From: an uncultured virus (IMG/VR IMGVR_UViG_3300042154_002964)
Taxonomy: Duplodnaviria; Heunggongvirae; Uroviricota; Caudoviricetes
Length of the DNA: 64,000 bases
Virus record (IMG/VR): IMGVR_UViG_3300042154_002964
Reading direction: 5' to 3' (one strand)
Both the position numbers and the translations under genes were made by a program. Position 1 is the stretch's first letter; each line of letters starts with the position of its first letter. Under the pieces are notes generated by a model. It saw only the letters and a list, made by a program, of their open reading frames with translations. It was not told the DNA's origin and did no database searches. Positions 48,032 through 58,391 of this stretch are shown piece by piece.

Positions 48032-48520
48032 TTATAAATTATCAAGTGGGGATATCATATCCTTATCTTCTAAAAATAATTTATCATTCTCAGTTAATGA
48101 ATCCTTTCCGTATTTTAATATTTTATCCAAAAGGATGTCTTTAGTTAAATACTCTTTTCTAAAATTAAAAAAGTCATAATTCATTTCAAATTGAAAAAAC
48201 CCAAAGACTGACGTGTCAAACGTGTTCAACAAAACGTCTTCAGTTATATCGTCAATTGTTGTGTAACCTTCCATATCATTATGGATTTGATTATCGTATT
48301 TTCTTACCTCATCAATTTCTTTCTCACTACAAAACAGAATATTGTACTCAAGTTCACCCTCTCTCCAATGACATACTTTACCATCATATTTAAAAGTATA
48401 CATTTCAATCCTCCCCAACAAGTCAATAATCATTTTTAATTCATACTCACTAAATTGTTTCATACCGGTTTCACTTTGTTCTTGTGTGAAACTTGAAATT
48501 ATTCTATATATTTTCGACAT
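48032..48520 (-). CDS. hypothetical protein
   Basis: C-terminal LDKILKYGKDSLTENDKLFL. Confidence 0.7.
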   Translation of the reverse strand: MSKIYRIISSFTQEQSETGMKQFSEYELKMIIDLLGRIEMYTFKYDGKVCHWREGELEYNILFCSEKEIDEVRKYDNQIHNDMEGYTTIDDITEDVLLNTFDTSVFGFFQFEMNYDFFNFRKEYLTKDILLDKILKYGKDSLTENDKLFLEDKDMISPLDNL

Positions 48521-48707
48521 TATTTTTTGTTAAATGTATGATTAAATCATCAATTGACAAATCGTCTTTAATTTTGCCAAGATTGTAAGTAGTAAAAGTC
48601 TTATCAGGGTTAGATACTTTTACCATAACATAATCTAACTCTGATACATACAATTTTTCAATAACCCCCTTACCTTTGGGGGTATTTATCTCAATTAGTC
48701 CCACCAT
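48504..48707 (-). CDS. hypothetical protein
   Basis: 67 aa in operon. Confidence 0.6.
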   Translation of the reverse strand: MVGLIEINTPKGKGVIEKLYVSELDYVMVKVSNPDKTFTTYNLGKIKDDLSIDDLIIHLTKNNVENI

Positions 48708-49306
48708 CCTTCAACACGATTTGACATTATTTTAAAAACTAATTTACGACATCTATCTTGATTTTCGTGAGCAATTTCCATTGCAATTAGTTTTTTATCT
48801 TTTTCTTCTACAGGTCGACTGAATCGGTTAACCTCACCTGACATCACACGTTTGTATTGACGTGGGTATTTTTTGAAATACTCGTCAAAATTTTCACTAA
48901 TTTCTTCAATCTCCAATCTTTTAGAATCTCGGTATTTCTCAGGGATATCATCTTTATCTGTAATATCTAACCAAAGAATGTTAGATTCGTGATAATCCAT
49001 ATATTCCATATCGTAGTGGTCATCTTGACAACGTTGGATTAAACGTGAAGTCAATCTCATTAATTCAGCATCACGTTTAGCTCTAGTATGTCTATCTTTT
49101 CCACCGATATAATCGGCTTGGTTATTCAATTTAACTCTAATAACTTCATAAATGAAAAATGAATCCCAATCACGGTCTTTCCATATTACAGGAAACCATT
49201 TCCATAGGTTTTTAATGCCTTCAATGAAATCTTTGTGGTAATATCTACCATCAAATTTCCACCATAATCTTATTTTTTCAAATACTGTTATTTTTTCATT
49301 TTCCAT
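48695..49306 (-). CDS. hypothetical phage protein
   Basis: NLWKWFPVIWKDRDWD...GWWD. Confidence 0.8.
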   Translation of the reverse strand: MENEKITVFEKIRLWWKFDGRYYHKDFIEGIKNLWKWFPVIWKDRDWDSFFIYEVIRVKLNNQADYIGGKDRHTRAKRDAELMRLTSRLIQRCQDDHYDMEYMDYHESNILWLDITDKDDIPEKYRDSKRLEIEEISENFDEYFKKYPRQYKRVMSGEVNRFSRPVEEKDKKLIAMEIAHENQDRCRKLVFKIMSNRVEGWWD

Positions 49307-49481
49307 CTTTCAATACTTTTTTAGTTGAGTCATATCTTTCATAAAACATACTCTTAGGTGTCCAACTGTATCTATTAGTTTCAATACTTAATCTAAAAAA
49401 TACTTCACCTTCAAGTTCAACATATTTGTCAACTTCACCCGTGATTGGGTCTATAATCAAATATTCGTTTATAATCTTCAT
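49296..49481 (-). CDS. hypothetical protein
   Basis: ORF coupled to downstream gene. Confidence 0.55.
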   Translation of the reverse strand: MKIINEYLIIDPITGEVDKYVELEGEVFFRLSIETNRYSWTPKSMFYERYDSTKKVLKDGK

Positions 49482-49594
49482 AGGACAAATATACGGACTT
49501 ATTTCCAATAAAAAAAGGAGTAACGTTTAAATTACTCCTTTTAAATATATAGAGGCTCTCGTGATGAGAGTGATAGTAATAATAAATACCACTA

Positions 49595-49843
49595 TTATTT
49601 TAAAAAATCAACACTCCTGTTATTTTGTGAACGATTTTTTTTGATTTTGTTAGATTGGAACTTTTTAATTTTATTGAAAAGTACACCAATAGTGTAAATT
49701 CTTGACTCATCTAATTTACCTCCCCACTTAACCATTAGTTTTTTGAATAGGTTATCCGCAACCGATATTTGGTCTAAAGTCACACAAGATGTTAATACAT
49801 CTATAACCCAATTGAATTCTACTTGAAATTGTGTCTTTTCCAT
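49595..49843 (-). CDS. hypothetical protein
   Basis: 82 aa; TATCTTTG upstream. Confidence 0.65.
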   Translation of the reverse strand: MEKTQFQVEFNWVIDVLTSCVTLDQISVADNLFKKLMVKWGGKLDESRIYTIGVLFNKIKKFQSNKIKKNRSQNNRSVDFLK

Positions 49844-49878
49844 ATCGTTTAGTTTTAAAGTTTAATCAAAGATAGTGA

Positions 49879-50211
49879 TTAAAAGTCTGAAGTTAAAATT
49901 AAATCTACGAATTTTTTAATAGTTCTTCTTTTTAATGAAACATCAACACCGGGGAACACATCATCAATTTCGTTAAATAAACGGTTGACCAATGATTTTT
50001 TATTATCATCAACAGAGAGTAATTTATCATCAATTCGAATCATAATTCTATTTTTCATAAAATCATCATTAAAGAAAGTGCTATTTCCAAATGGTTTTGA
50101 TACAGGAAAATGTCTTTTAAGGAATGTTAGGATTTGTTTATCCGTATTCTCTTCGTTATATTTTTTTAAAATCTCTTCTCTCTCAGATTCGGTTATTATT
50201 AATCGTCCCAT
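49879..50211 (-). CDS. hypothetical protein with LIITESE module
   Basis: ORF with TATTTAT upstream. Confidence 0.7.
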   Translation of the reverse strand: MGRLIITESEREEILKKYNEENTDKQILTFLKRHFPVSKPFGNSTFFNDDFMKNRIMIRIDDKLLSVDDNKKSLVNRLFNEIDDVFPGVDVSLKRRTIKKFVDLILTSDF

Positions 50212-50262
50212 AAACATAAATATTAAGGTTTAGTTCTTTTACAAAGATACTTATTATTTAAT

Positions 50263-50541
50263 ATGTTTCTTGTAAAATATTTTGATTTACATTTTAATCG
50301 TTTATATAAAAACGAATTGGAACTACTCTATGGAGAAGGTGCAAAAATTGTTGTGAATAATGTATCGTATTCAACTAACAATAAATCGTATGTTGTTGAT
50401 GTTAAATTAATACTTGGTGACACAACGTATGATGATATGACGGACCTATATAGTGATGGGTTAAATTATTTAGTTACAGAATCTTGGAAAGGTTCCGGGT
50501 TTAAAACAAAAATATCTTTAATTTATTCCGTAGACATTTGA
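50263..50541 (+). CDS. hypothetical protein
   Basis: 92-aa ORF. Confidence 0.65.
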   Translation: MFLVKYFDLHFNRLYKNELELLYGEGAKIVVNNVSYSTNNKSYVVDVKLILGDTTYDDMTDLYSDGLNYLVTESWKGSGFKTKISLIYSVDI

Positions 50542-50584
50542 TTATTCGAAAAACGTGCATTATACTTAATAAAAAAAACAAATT

Positions 50585-51019
50585 ATGAAGAAAATTGAAA
50601 CAGGTGACACAATTAAAGTTCACTACACAGGAAAATTAGAAGATGGTACTGTTTTTGACACATCTTTGTCTGATGGACGTGAACCATTAGAGGTAAAATT
50701 AGGAGAATCACCACTTATCCAAGGATTTGTTGACGGATTACTTGAAATGACAGTTGGTGAGAAGAAAACTGTTGAAATTGATGTTGAAAACGCTTATGGT
50801 CAAATTAATGAGAATTTGATTTCTGTTGTTCCTAAAGACCAAGTACCTGAAGGGGTTCAAGTTGGTGAAGGATTACAAGCGATGACACCAAACGGAATGC
50901 CAATCAATGTATTAGTAACTGAAGTTAATGAAGAAACTATTACGGTTGATGCTAATCACCCATTGGCTGGTAAAAAATTAATATTTGACTTAGAAGTTGT
51001 TGAATTAGTTGAAGCTTAA
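50585..51019 (+). CDS. FKBP-type peptidyl-prolyl isomerase (SlyD/SlpA-like)
   Basis: VHYTGKLEDGTVFDTS...AYG...DANHPLAGKKLIF. Confidence 0.92.
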   Translation: MKKIETGDTIKVHYTGKLEDGTVFDTSLSDGREPLEVKLGESPLIQGFVDGLLEMTVGEKKTVEIDVENAYGQINENLISVVPKDQVPEGVQVGEGLQAMTPNGMPINVLVTEVNEETITVDANHPLAGKKLIFDLEVVELVEA

Positions 51020-51062
51020 TTAAAAAAAGAATATATCAAAACCCGGCAATAGTCGGGTTTTT

Positions 51063-51449
51063 TTATTCATACATATTTTCAACCAAGTCAGGATTTTTCT
51101 TTTCGAACACTTTGATTAGTTGACCGGCCAATGAATTGGCTTCGTCTTCATTCGGTCCCCCAATATCAGGTCCCATATCTCGTTTTAAAACGTTCATTTG
51201 GTATTCGTGAACCCATTCGTGTGCCAACGTCCTAAAGATGTCACGAGTCATTCTATTTTTACATAAAACATTAATCTGATTAGGTAATCGACTACCTGTT
51301 GTCATACCACCAACTCTTTCACCTAAAAAAGTGATTGTAATATCATCCTTCAATGGTAGACAATGGTTTAATAACTTAATAAACTCATCATAAACTTTAT
51401 AGTTGTCTTTATTTATATCTGATTTCTTATGTTCTATAGTAACTTTCAT
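51063..51449 (-). CDS. HExxH zinc-metallopeptidase-like protein
   Basis: RTLAHEWVHEYQ...EDEANSLAG. Confidence 0.7.
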   Translation of the reverse strand: MKVTIEHKKSDINKDNYKVYDEFIKLLNHCLPLKDDITITFLGERVGGMTTGSRLPNQINVLCKNRMTRDIFRTLAHEWVHEYQMNVLKRDMGPDIGGPNEDEANSLAGQLIKVFEKKNPDLVENMYE

Positions 51450-51484
51450 ACCTATTAAATATTTATAATAAATACTTTTAAATT

Positions 51485-52315
51485 ATGAGTAAGAGATTAA
51501 TAATTACTGAATCAGAAAAAAACGAAATAAAAGGTCTATATAATATTAACGAACAGGATAAGCCAGGCTTTGGTGATGCGATAATGGCATTATTAAAAAA
51601 ATCAGAAGATGAGTCTAATTCAGACGATAAAACTAAAACTGATGATACCAAATCAGATAATTCTGACGATTCATATTTAAATGATAAAACTTCAGGTTCT
51701 GTTGATTCTAAATGGATGAAAGTTACCAAAAAAGTAATTGATAAATTTGAAGGTGGTTATTGGAATGGTTCAACATCAAAGAATAATCAAACAACTAAAT
51801 TAGGTATTTGTAGTAATCATCCTGACGGAAGTATGGGTGCTTCAACTGAAACTATGTTTGGGTTAGACAGATATAATGGTAGTATTGAAAAAACATCTGA
51901 TGGTCAAGAATTTTTCAGACTTATTGATAAACAGAAGAAAGACCTTGGTATGGCCCAATTCTGTAAAAAATGGAAATGGAATTATAAAGGTGGTGAATTA
52001 GAAGATACGTTAAAAAATTTAGCGGCTAAAGTAATGAAACATAGTTATGATAGAAATGCCGGTAATTACTTCTCACCTGAACTTAGAAAACGTGTTGAAA
52101 GTAATGATAGATTATTAATGCACTTCTCATATGCTAGTTGGAATGGACCTGGTTTCTTCCAAAAATTCGCAAAAAGTTTAAATAACGCAGTTAAAGATGG
52201 TAAGTCTGATAAAGAATTATTAAAACAAGCAATTGAGGATAGAAAAGGAACTCGATTATTGAGACAGGAAAAAGTTGCAGCAGTATTAACTGACCCTAAT
52301 TTAAATTTAGCATAA
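51485..52315 (+). CDS. lysozyme-like (GH108-type) protein with LIITESE module
   Basis: VIDKFEGGY...ETMFGLD...SWNG. Confidence 0.55.
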   Translation: MSKRLIITESEKNEIKGLYNINEQDKPGFGDAIMALLKKSEDESNSDDKTKTDDTKSDNSDDSYLNDKTSGSVDSKWMKVTKKVIDKFEGGYWNGSTSKNNQTTKLGICSNHPDGSMGASTETMFGLDRYNGSIEKTSDGQEFFRLIDKQKKDLGMAQFCKKWKWNYKGGELEDTLKNLAAKVMKHSYDRNAGNYFSPELRKRVESNDRLLMHFSYASWNGPGFFQKFAKSLNNAVKDGKSDKELLKQAIEDRKGTRLLRQEKVAAVLTDPNLNLA

Positions 52316-53457
52316 TGAGAAAATTAATAGAAAGTGTACTCCACGAAGAATTGGGGGTCCCATCAAACATTGTTGAAGCGGCAAAAAGTATTACTGAAAA
52401 CGTATACTATGAACTAAAAAAAATATTTAGTGGTGATGGTTATCTAACTGAAGATAATTATCCATTATCATTCCGAATAAATACGAACATTAGTGATTTA
52501 ACCATCAAAAATATTTCCTTTATGTTAGAAATTAAAGAGGCGGGTGTTGATGAGTTAACTTTGGGAGGTGCAGGATTTAATCCAAGACAAAGTGTTGATT
52601 ACAATAAATTTGTTTATGTTTCAAAAAAAGACCCAAGTGATTTACACATTATGTTAAAATTCTACATACCTGATGATGAAGATGTTGATGTAACATTTGA
52701 TGACTTTTTCACATACTATGAAGAAAATTTTAATGATGTTGTAAATAACATTTCACACGAAATAAAACACGCTTACGACCATTTTAAAAAACCTGAAGAA
52801 TCTATCCCATCATCAGTTGAATATCAATCATCAATTAATTTTGGATTTGGTATTAGACCATTACAAGAATTCTTTTTTGATGTTTACTACAGTCATCAAA
52901 CTGAAAATTTGGTGAGAGCCACTGAGATTTATACAAGTGTTAAAACAGAAAAGATTAATGAAGACAGATTTCTTGAGTTTTTATTAAAGACCGAATCATA
53001 CAAACGTTATAAGAACCTACAAAATTTTACGTTTGAGCAATTTTATAATTCATTATTAGATTCGGTTGACGTTATTAAAGAAAGACTTGAGTCAAACGAA
53101 ATTGATATTCCTGAAACAGATGATGAGGTTGTTAAATTAATTTTACAATTAGCCTACACTAACATTACCAATAAAAAAATTGACACTTTAAATAAACATT
53201 TAGCAAGTGGTTTTGCCGAAATGTTTATGGGTATTGACCCTGAAAGTGAAAAAGGTAAATTTTTCAATAAAAACGCATCTAAATTTGGTAGATATGAAAA
53301 TAATTATTTAGGTTTTTATAAAGACCAAATAAAAAAATTCAATATAGTCGGAGATAAAATGGTTAAAAAAATCTCAAAGTTATATGCAATTGCTAACAAT
53401 GAAGATTCTAACCAAAGTGATATCATCAAAAAAATATATAACAAAGTAAACCCCTAA
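52315..53457 (+). CDS. hypothetical protein with HExxH motif
   Basis: ISHEIKHAYD; N-terminal KLIESVLHEE. Confidence 0.75.
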   Translation: MRKLIESVLHEELGVPSNIVEAAKSITENVYYELKKIFSGDGYLTEDNYPLSFRINTNISDLTIKNISFMLEIKEAGVDELTLGGAGFNPRQSVDYNKFVYVSKKDPSDLHIMLKFYIPDDEDVDVTFDDFFTYYEENFNDVVNNISHEIKHAYDHFKKPEESIPSSVEYQSSINFGFGIRPLQEFFFDVYYSHQTENLVRATEIYTSVKTEKINEDRFLEFLLKTESYKRYKNLQNFTFEQFYNSLLDSVDVIKERLESNEIDIPETDDEVVKLILQLAYTNITNKKIDTLNKHLASGFAEMFMGIDPESEKGKFFNKNASKFGRYENNYLGFYKDQIKKFNIVGDKMVKKISKLYAIANNEDSNQSDIIKKIYNKVNP

Positions 53458-53475
53458 TTAAATAGGGGTTTTTTA

Positions 53476-53778
53476 TTAATTAGATAAATCAGTGGGTTCA
53501 AAACCAAAGAACTCAGATAATTTACTAAACTCCGGTTTCATACCACTTGAGTAATCACTATATTTTAAATCTCTACCTTCAGAATCAATTAGACTAAGCA
53601 TACCACTAACATATTTGAATATGTTTTTATCGTTCAAGATTGCTATTAATTCACGATGTTCATCAATCATCATATAACCTTCCATAGTTTTATATGCGGT
53701 TAATATGTTTCCCTCCGAATTTAACAATACAATACTTGGGAATTTCTTATTCAACAAACTAATTTCTTTTTTCTTCAT
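53476..53778 (-). CDS. hypothetical protein
   Basis: 100-aa ORF. Confidence 0.65.
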   Translation of the reverse strand: MKKKEISLLNKKFPSIVLLNSEGNILTAYKTMEGYMMIDEHRELIAILNDKNIFKYVSGMLSLIDSEGRDLKYSDYSSGMKPEFSKLSEFFGFEPTDLSN

Positions 53779-53781
53779 AAC

Positions 53782-54015
53782 TTAACTTATTATATTGATT
53801 TCACTTTCTGTTTCAATGACAACTCTCGCACCACAACTTAATATAGGTTTTTTATCCCCACTACCACAATATATTATCTTACTTGGACCAAGTATCTCAA
53901 CTTCATTACAATAAGTGTTCTTACGTCCTTGTTTTATCGTAATTACGGGTAAGTCAGTATCTTTTGTTTTGTTTGACCTGATATGATGTTGATTAACGTG
54001 TATCCGTGTCTTCAT
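53782..54015 (-). CDS. conserved small phage protein
   Basis: IHVNQHHIRSN...PVITIK...LSCGARVVIET. Confidence 0.75.
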   Translation of the reverse strand: MKTRIHVNQHHIRSNKTKDTDLPVITIKQGRKNTYCNEVEILGPSKIIYCGSGDKKPILSCGARVVIETESEINIIS

Positions 54016-54033
54016 TTCTTCAAATATAATAAA

Positions 54034-55362
54034 TTAATTTGATAATGGTGCTTTTATTGTTGGATGTGATTGATATCCGATAATCTCAAAATCCGTAATT
54101 TCCATATTCTTAATAAGAACATCAATATCACTATGTAAAGGACCAACACCACATTCACCTGATTCAGTAGGCCAAAACTCAGTGTTAATGTTTAATGTTG
54201 GTAATTGAAATGGTGTCCTTGTTCTTGTCGGAATTTTAAATTCATCACAAACTTTTGTGAATTCTTCATCACTCATTCCTTCCTGTATCTTAGACAAATC
54301 TAATTTGGGGTTTTCATAACACATACAAACTCTTTCATCAACTCGTAATTCTCTACCAATTTGTTCTTTTGCTTGTTCAATATGGTTTGAATATAAATGA
54401 GTATCTCCCAAGTTTCCAATTAATTGGTCAGGAACCATATTCACCTCTTTAGCAATGATTTCCAATAACAATCCATAAGATGCAATATTGAATGGTAAAC
54501 CTAAGAATGTATCTACTGAACGTTGATTCCACATTAATGAGATTGCTCTTCTTTGAGGAACTACATTAGTCCCTAAATTATCTAAAAATTCGTGTCTGTA
54601 TACTAATTTTAATTCTTCAGTTTCATCAGGGTGATGTGTTTTAGTTAAACAATCTTCTCTTATTAACGGATTAAATTTATCTGCTATTGACAATCTCTCA
54701 TCTAAACTCAACTCTCTTGTATAAACTTGAAATCCATAATGACAAGGTGGTAGTACCATTGAATCCAATTCTCCAACATTCCAAGCATTTACCATCAAAC
54801 GTCTTGAATCAGGATTTGTTTTAAGTTCGTTGATTAAACACGAGATTTGGTCAATAACTGTTTGGTCAGCTTCTTCATAAATGTTTTCATATGAACCGTC
54901 AGTTGAAAAATACATTTTCTTTTTAGTCCATCTTCTCCATTGCTTACCATACACAGGACCTAAATCACCCCACTTCTTAGCAAACTCATCATCTGTTTTG
55001 ATTTTGTTGATGAATTCTTCTTGCGTGTAGGAACGTTTGACTGTTTCATCCTCATAAAATTCGTGACCATCTTTATAAGCGGTACAGTAATTCTTATAAG
55101 CATCACCATCCCAAATATGACAATCATTATCAACAAGGTATTTGATGTTTGTATCACCACGTAAGAACCATAACAATTCGGTAATAACTCCTTTCATATA
55201 CATTTTCTTTGTTGTAAGAAGAGGAAATCCGTCCTTCATATTATGACGAATGGTATAACCAAAGATAGATTTAGTTCCCGTACCGGTTCTATCTTTCTTA
55301 TCAACCCCATAATCTAATATGGTTTGAAGTAAATCTGTGTATTGTTTATCTAACGTGTTCAT
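54034..55362 (-). CDS. thyA: thymidylate synthase with in-frame insertions
   Basis: DRTGTGT, ELLWFL, GPVYGKQWR, SRR, LPPCH, QRSVDTFLGLPFNIASY, DTHLYSNH. Confidence 0.95.
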   Translation of the reverse strand: MNTLDKQYTDLLQTILDYGVDKKDRTGTGTKSIFGYTIRHNMKDGFPLLTTKKMYMKGVITELLWFLRGDTNIKYLVDNDCHIWDGDAYKNYCTAYKDGHEFYEDETVKRSYTQEEFINKIKTDDEFAKKWGDLGPVYGKQWRRWTKKKMYFSTDGSYENIYEEADQTVIDQISCLINELKTNPDSRRLMVNAWNVGELDSMVLPPCHYGFQVYTRELSLDERLSIADKFNPLIREDCLTKTHHPDETEELKLVYRHEFLDNLGTNVVPQRRAISLMWNQRSVDTFLGLPFNIASYGLLLEIIAKEVNMVPDQLIGNLGDTHLYSNHIEQAKEQIGRELRVDERVCMCYENPKLDLSKIQEGMSDEEFTKVCDEFKIPTRTRTPFQLPTLNINTEFWPTESGECGVGPLHSDIDVLIKNMEITDFEIIGYQSHPTIKAPLSN

Positions 55363-55367
55363 ATAAT

Positions 55368-56009
55368 TTATTTTTTCTTTTTTTTGGTTTCAGGATAAAC
55401 ACCTAAAGAATACCCTAACATTAATTCAAGATTCCCTAAGTTTGTTTCAGTTCTCACAGGGGTGTCATTATTATAGAATAACGAACAAAGAACTATTTTT
55501 TTCTGTGACAAACTATAAACTACTTTCCAACAAATTGAAGGTATCTTCATCCCATTCACTTCGATATTTGGGGTTCCCCAATATCCACCTGTATAAATCA
55601 TTAGTGAATCGGTTTGGGACATTTTCCTAATCTCGGTTTCCATCGCTTTCCAAATCCCTCTATTAAGTTTTCTTGTTTGTGGTAATCTATTATAATCTCT
55701 AAAAGTTAAAGAATCAAGACGACAGTTATACGCAAAGTCTTCGGCGTTAGCCAAATGTCCTTTATCGTATAAAGTCCCTTTATATTGATTCTCATTCACT
55801 AATTTTAATTTAGTATCGTTCACCCAATTGGTGGCTCTTTGACACTTACCACCACCTTTATACAACTTGTATTTCACATATAATGGTTGTTCTAATTGTT
55901 TATTAACGTAAGCGGTGTAAGCTTCATTTATAATTGTCGTGTCAACTTTATATTGACTCAATAATGGTAAACTTACCATTAAACATAACACTAAAAAAAA
56001 TCCTTTCAT
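55368..56009 (-). CDS. secreted DNA/RNA non-specific endonuclease
   Basis: Signal peptide; YDKGHLA...PQ...LNRGIWK...E. Confidence 0.85.
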   Translation of the reverse strand: MKGFFLVLCLMVSLPLLSQYKVDTTIINEAYTAYVNKQLEQPLYVKYKLYKGGGKCQRATNWVNDTKLKLVNENQYKGTLYDKGHLANAEDFAYNCRLDSLTFRDYNRLPQTRKLNRGIWKAMETEIRKMSQTDSLMIYTGGYWGTPNIEVNGMKIPSICWKVVYSLSQKKIVLCSLFYNNDTPVRTETNLGNLELMLGYSLGVYPETKKKKK

Positions 56010-56255
56010 TTATTTTGTTTCTTCAATTGTGTATTGTCCACAAATAATAACTCTTTTATGGTCTTCGTTAATCATACTAAGACAAGATTTATCAATTACC
56101 TTATACGTTATTGCGTGATATCGGTATTTATGTGAATCTATAATTAAATACTTACATTGGTTGTATTTGTTATCTTCACATTTTACGAATAACACTGAAC
56201 TAACAATAATCATTACCATTACAATAATACCAACTATGGCATCAAATTTATTCAT
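56010..56255 (-). CDS. small membrane-anchored protein
   Basis: N-terminal hydrophobic helix. Confidence 0.6.
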   Translation of the reverse strand: MNKFDAIVGIIVMVMIIVSSVLFVKCEDNKYNQCKYLIIDSHKYRYHAITYKVIDKSCLSMINEDHKRVIICGQYTIEETK

Positions 56256-56266
56256 ATAACCATCCG

Positions 56267-56563
56267 TCATAACAATTCTGTTATTAATTTAACAACTTCA
56301 CTCTTGTATCCACCGATAGTCCATTCAGTAATGGTTTCAATATTTGGATTACCATACTTAGCACCATTTTTATAGTTGTAGATATTAGCGACCTCACCGT
56401 TTTCAAATTCCACTTTCCATTCAGCATCAACTTTACCATCACCTGACGCCTTTCTTGGTTCTCCAAATAATTCAACCAACTTAGCGTAAGTTGTTGTGAA
56501 ATCAGCTTTGTGCGATGTTCCAACCACGTTGATGTGTTCGTCGTTATGTGTTCTATATTTCAT
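56267..56563 (-). CDS. hypothetical phage protein
   Basis: YAKLVELFGEP...KVDAEW...IYNYK...WTIGG. Confidence 0.75.
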   Translation of the reverse strand: MKYRTHNDEHINVVGTSHKADFTTTYAKLVELFGEPRKASGDGKVDAEWKVEFENGEVANIYNYKNGAKYGNPNIETITEWTIGGYKSEVVKLITELL

Positions 56564-56632
56564 ATTCTTTAGATTTTAAAACAAATATAAATAAAAAACC
56601 CCAAACTTTTTAGATTTGGGGTTAAATTATTT

Positions 56633-57565
56633 TTAATAATCTGATATTTGATACGCTCTGAGTGGTTTGACATCATCTAAACCATAAACCTCACTAAGCC
56701 ATACCTTTAATAGTGATTGGATTTCATCCCAATCATAACCTAAAACTTCACCAAAAAACGCCCATACTCTATCATTATCAATATTAACAATATGTCTACC
56801 ATCATCGTTATAATACGCAAATAATGGTTTACCATTTTCATCACGATAAAACAAAACCTCACCTTTCTTAACCGGATTTAAATTATTAAATTGGTTAAGG
56901 AATGATAATGGATTATCTTGATATGCTCGTTTGATTATATCTAAATTACCACCGAACAATTTAATAGCGTTTTCATATCCCAAGTCTTCGACTGCGTGTC
57001 TTACCTTCTTATTTAATGGGTTATCACTTTCTTCTTTTAATACATTTTTGATTGTATCTCTTAAAGATTCCCCTTCACGTATCATACCATCCCACAAACC
57101 TGTTTTATCAAGTAATCCAAAGGCTTCTTCATCACTAATCACATCTTCATAACCTGGCCAATTATATGGTCTACCATTGAATGATTTGATAAATAGATTT
57201 TGGTGTGATGGGATTTCCAAATCAATATCGTATATTTCAAATCCGTGGTCATCGGCAACCGCACCAATCCATTGTTTTAATAGATATATCTCTTCACCTG
57301 ATAGATTTTTAAAATCAACAATCATATCAACAATTATCTCAACAAATTCTTCATCCATAATATCATAATCCAATATATTAAAATAAAAAAATGCGTCAGG
57401 AAAACGTCTTTGTGAAACACTACAACTACCTTTTAAATTGCCAAGATGATGACCTAATTCAGGGTTATCATCAACCACTTGTTTAAATTTGTAGAAACCA
57501 CCCAACATTTTAATTGCTTGAGATAGTCCAAACTTTTCAATTAAGTTATTAATTTTCTCAACCAT
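56633..57565 (-). CDS. hypothetical protein
   Basis: 310 aa; two related GxxxAIKxxGG segments joined by LRDTIKNVLKEE. Confidence 0.75.
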   Translation of the reverse strand: MVEKINNLIEKFGLSQAIKMLGGFYKFKQVVDDNPELGHHLGNLKGSCSVSQRRFPDAFFYFNILDYDIMDEEFVEIIVDMIVDFKNLSGEEIYLLKQWIGAVADDHGFEIYDIDLEIPSHQNLFIKSFNGRPYNWPGYEDVISDEEAFGLLDKTGLWDGMIREGESLRDTIKNVLKEESDNPLNKKVRHAVEDLGYENAIKLFGGNLDIIKRAYQDNPLSFLNQFNNLNPVKKGEVLFYRDENGKPLFAYYNDDGRHIVNIDNDRVWAFFGEVLGYDWDEIQSLLKVWLSEVYGLDDVKPLRAYQISDY

Positions 57566-57569
57566 AATT

Positions 57570-57986
57570 TTAATCTTGAATACTAGGGATAACTTCCGAA
57601 TCTAACCAATGTTCAAATTCATAATAACCACCCATTTCTTTTAATACATTTTGTAATCGAACATCCTCATCAGATAATGTTGAATAGAAATCAAACTCAA
57701 GTAAATAACCACGTTTATCAGTAGCAATAACACCTAAGTATTCATCACCGTAAAATCTAATCTCTCCGTAATATTCAATCTCACCATTTTCAATTTCCTT
57801 CATTTCAGAATAGGTAAATTTAATGGGTAAAGATTTAATCTCACCTTCAATTGTCATACCTTCTTTAGTATCGTATTCCTCATTACCGTAACCGGTATTA
57901 CTATCGTAATCCTCATCGTCATAAACACTTTGTTCAAACAAGTGTTTGTATTTTTTATACTGACTTTCTGTAATTATTATTTTCAT
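57570..57986 (-). CDS. hypothetical acidic protein with MKIIITESQ module
   Basis: TATTTAT at 57992-57998. Confidence 0.75.
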   Translation of the reverse strand: MKIIITESQYKKYKHLFEQSVYDDEDYDSNTGYGNEEYDTKEGMTIEGEIKSLPIKFTYSEMKEIENGEIEYYGEIRFYGDEYLGVIATDKRGYLLEFDFYSTLSDEDVRLQNVLKEMGGYYEFEHWLDSEVIPSIQD

Positions 57987-58013
57987 ATACTATAAATATG
58001 TTACATTTTTAAA

Positions 58014-58391
58014 ATGAAAGCAATAATCGCAGTTAACAATTTAGGGTTCATTGGAATTGGGGATAAATTATTATGGAAATCAACCGATGACTTAAAACAT
58101 TTTAAATCACTAACACTGAACCAAACTCTATTAGTTGGTTACAGAACCTTTACAGGTCTACCACCATTAAAAAATAGAACACTTATTGTTGATGAAAGAG
58201 ATAAATTAATTACCGATGTTGATTGGTGTATTGGGGGTAAAAAAACGTATGAGAAATATTGTCATCTATTTACCGAAATCCATATCTCACATATTGATAA
58301 TGATGATATTGGTAACGTAACATTTCCTGACCTATCAAACTTGAATCCTGAATGTAAAGTTTTTAATTACCGGTTCGAATCCCAAAATTGA
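58014..58391 (+). CDS. folA: dihydrofolate reductase
   Basis: IIAV...IG...LLW...DLKHFK..T...VGYRTF..LPPLKNR...IGG. Confidence 0.88.
   Translation: MKAIIAVNNLGFIGIGDKLLWKSTDDLKHFKSLTLNQTLLVGYRTFTGLPPLKNRTLIVDERDKLITDVDWCIGGKKTYEKYCHLFTEIHISHIDNDDIGNVTFPDLSNLNPECKVFNYRFESQN

Noticed and set aside
54034..55362. Intron or intein in thyA
   Set aside because: Continuous frame; inserts are short and lack intein C...HN termini
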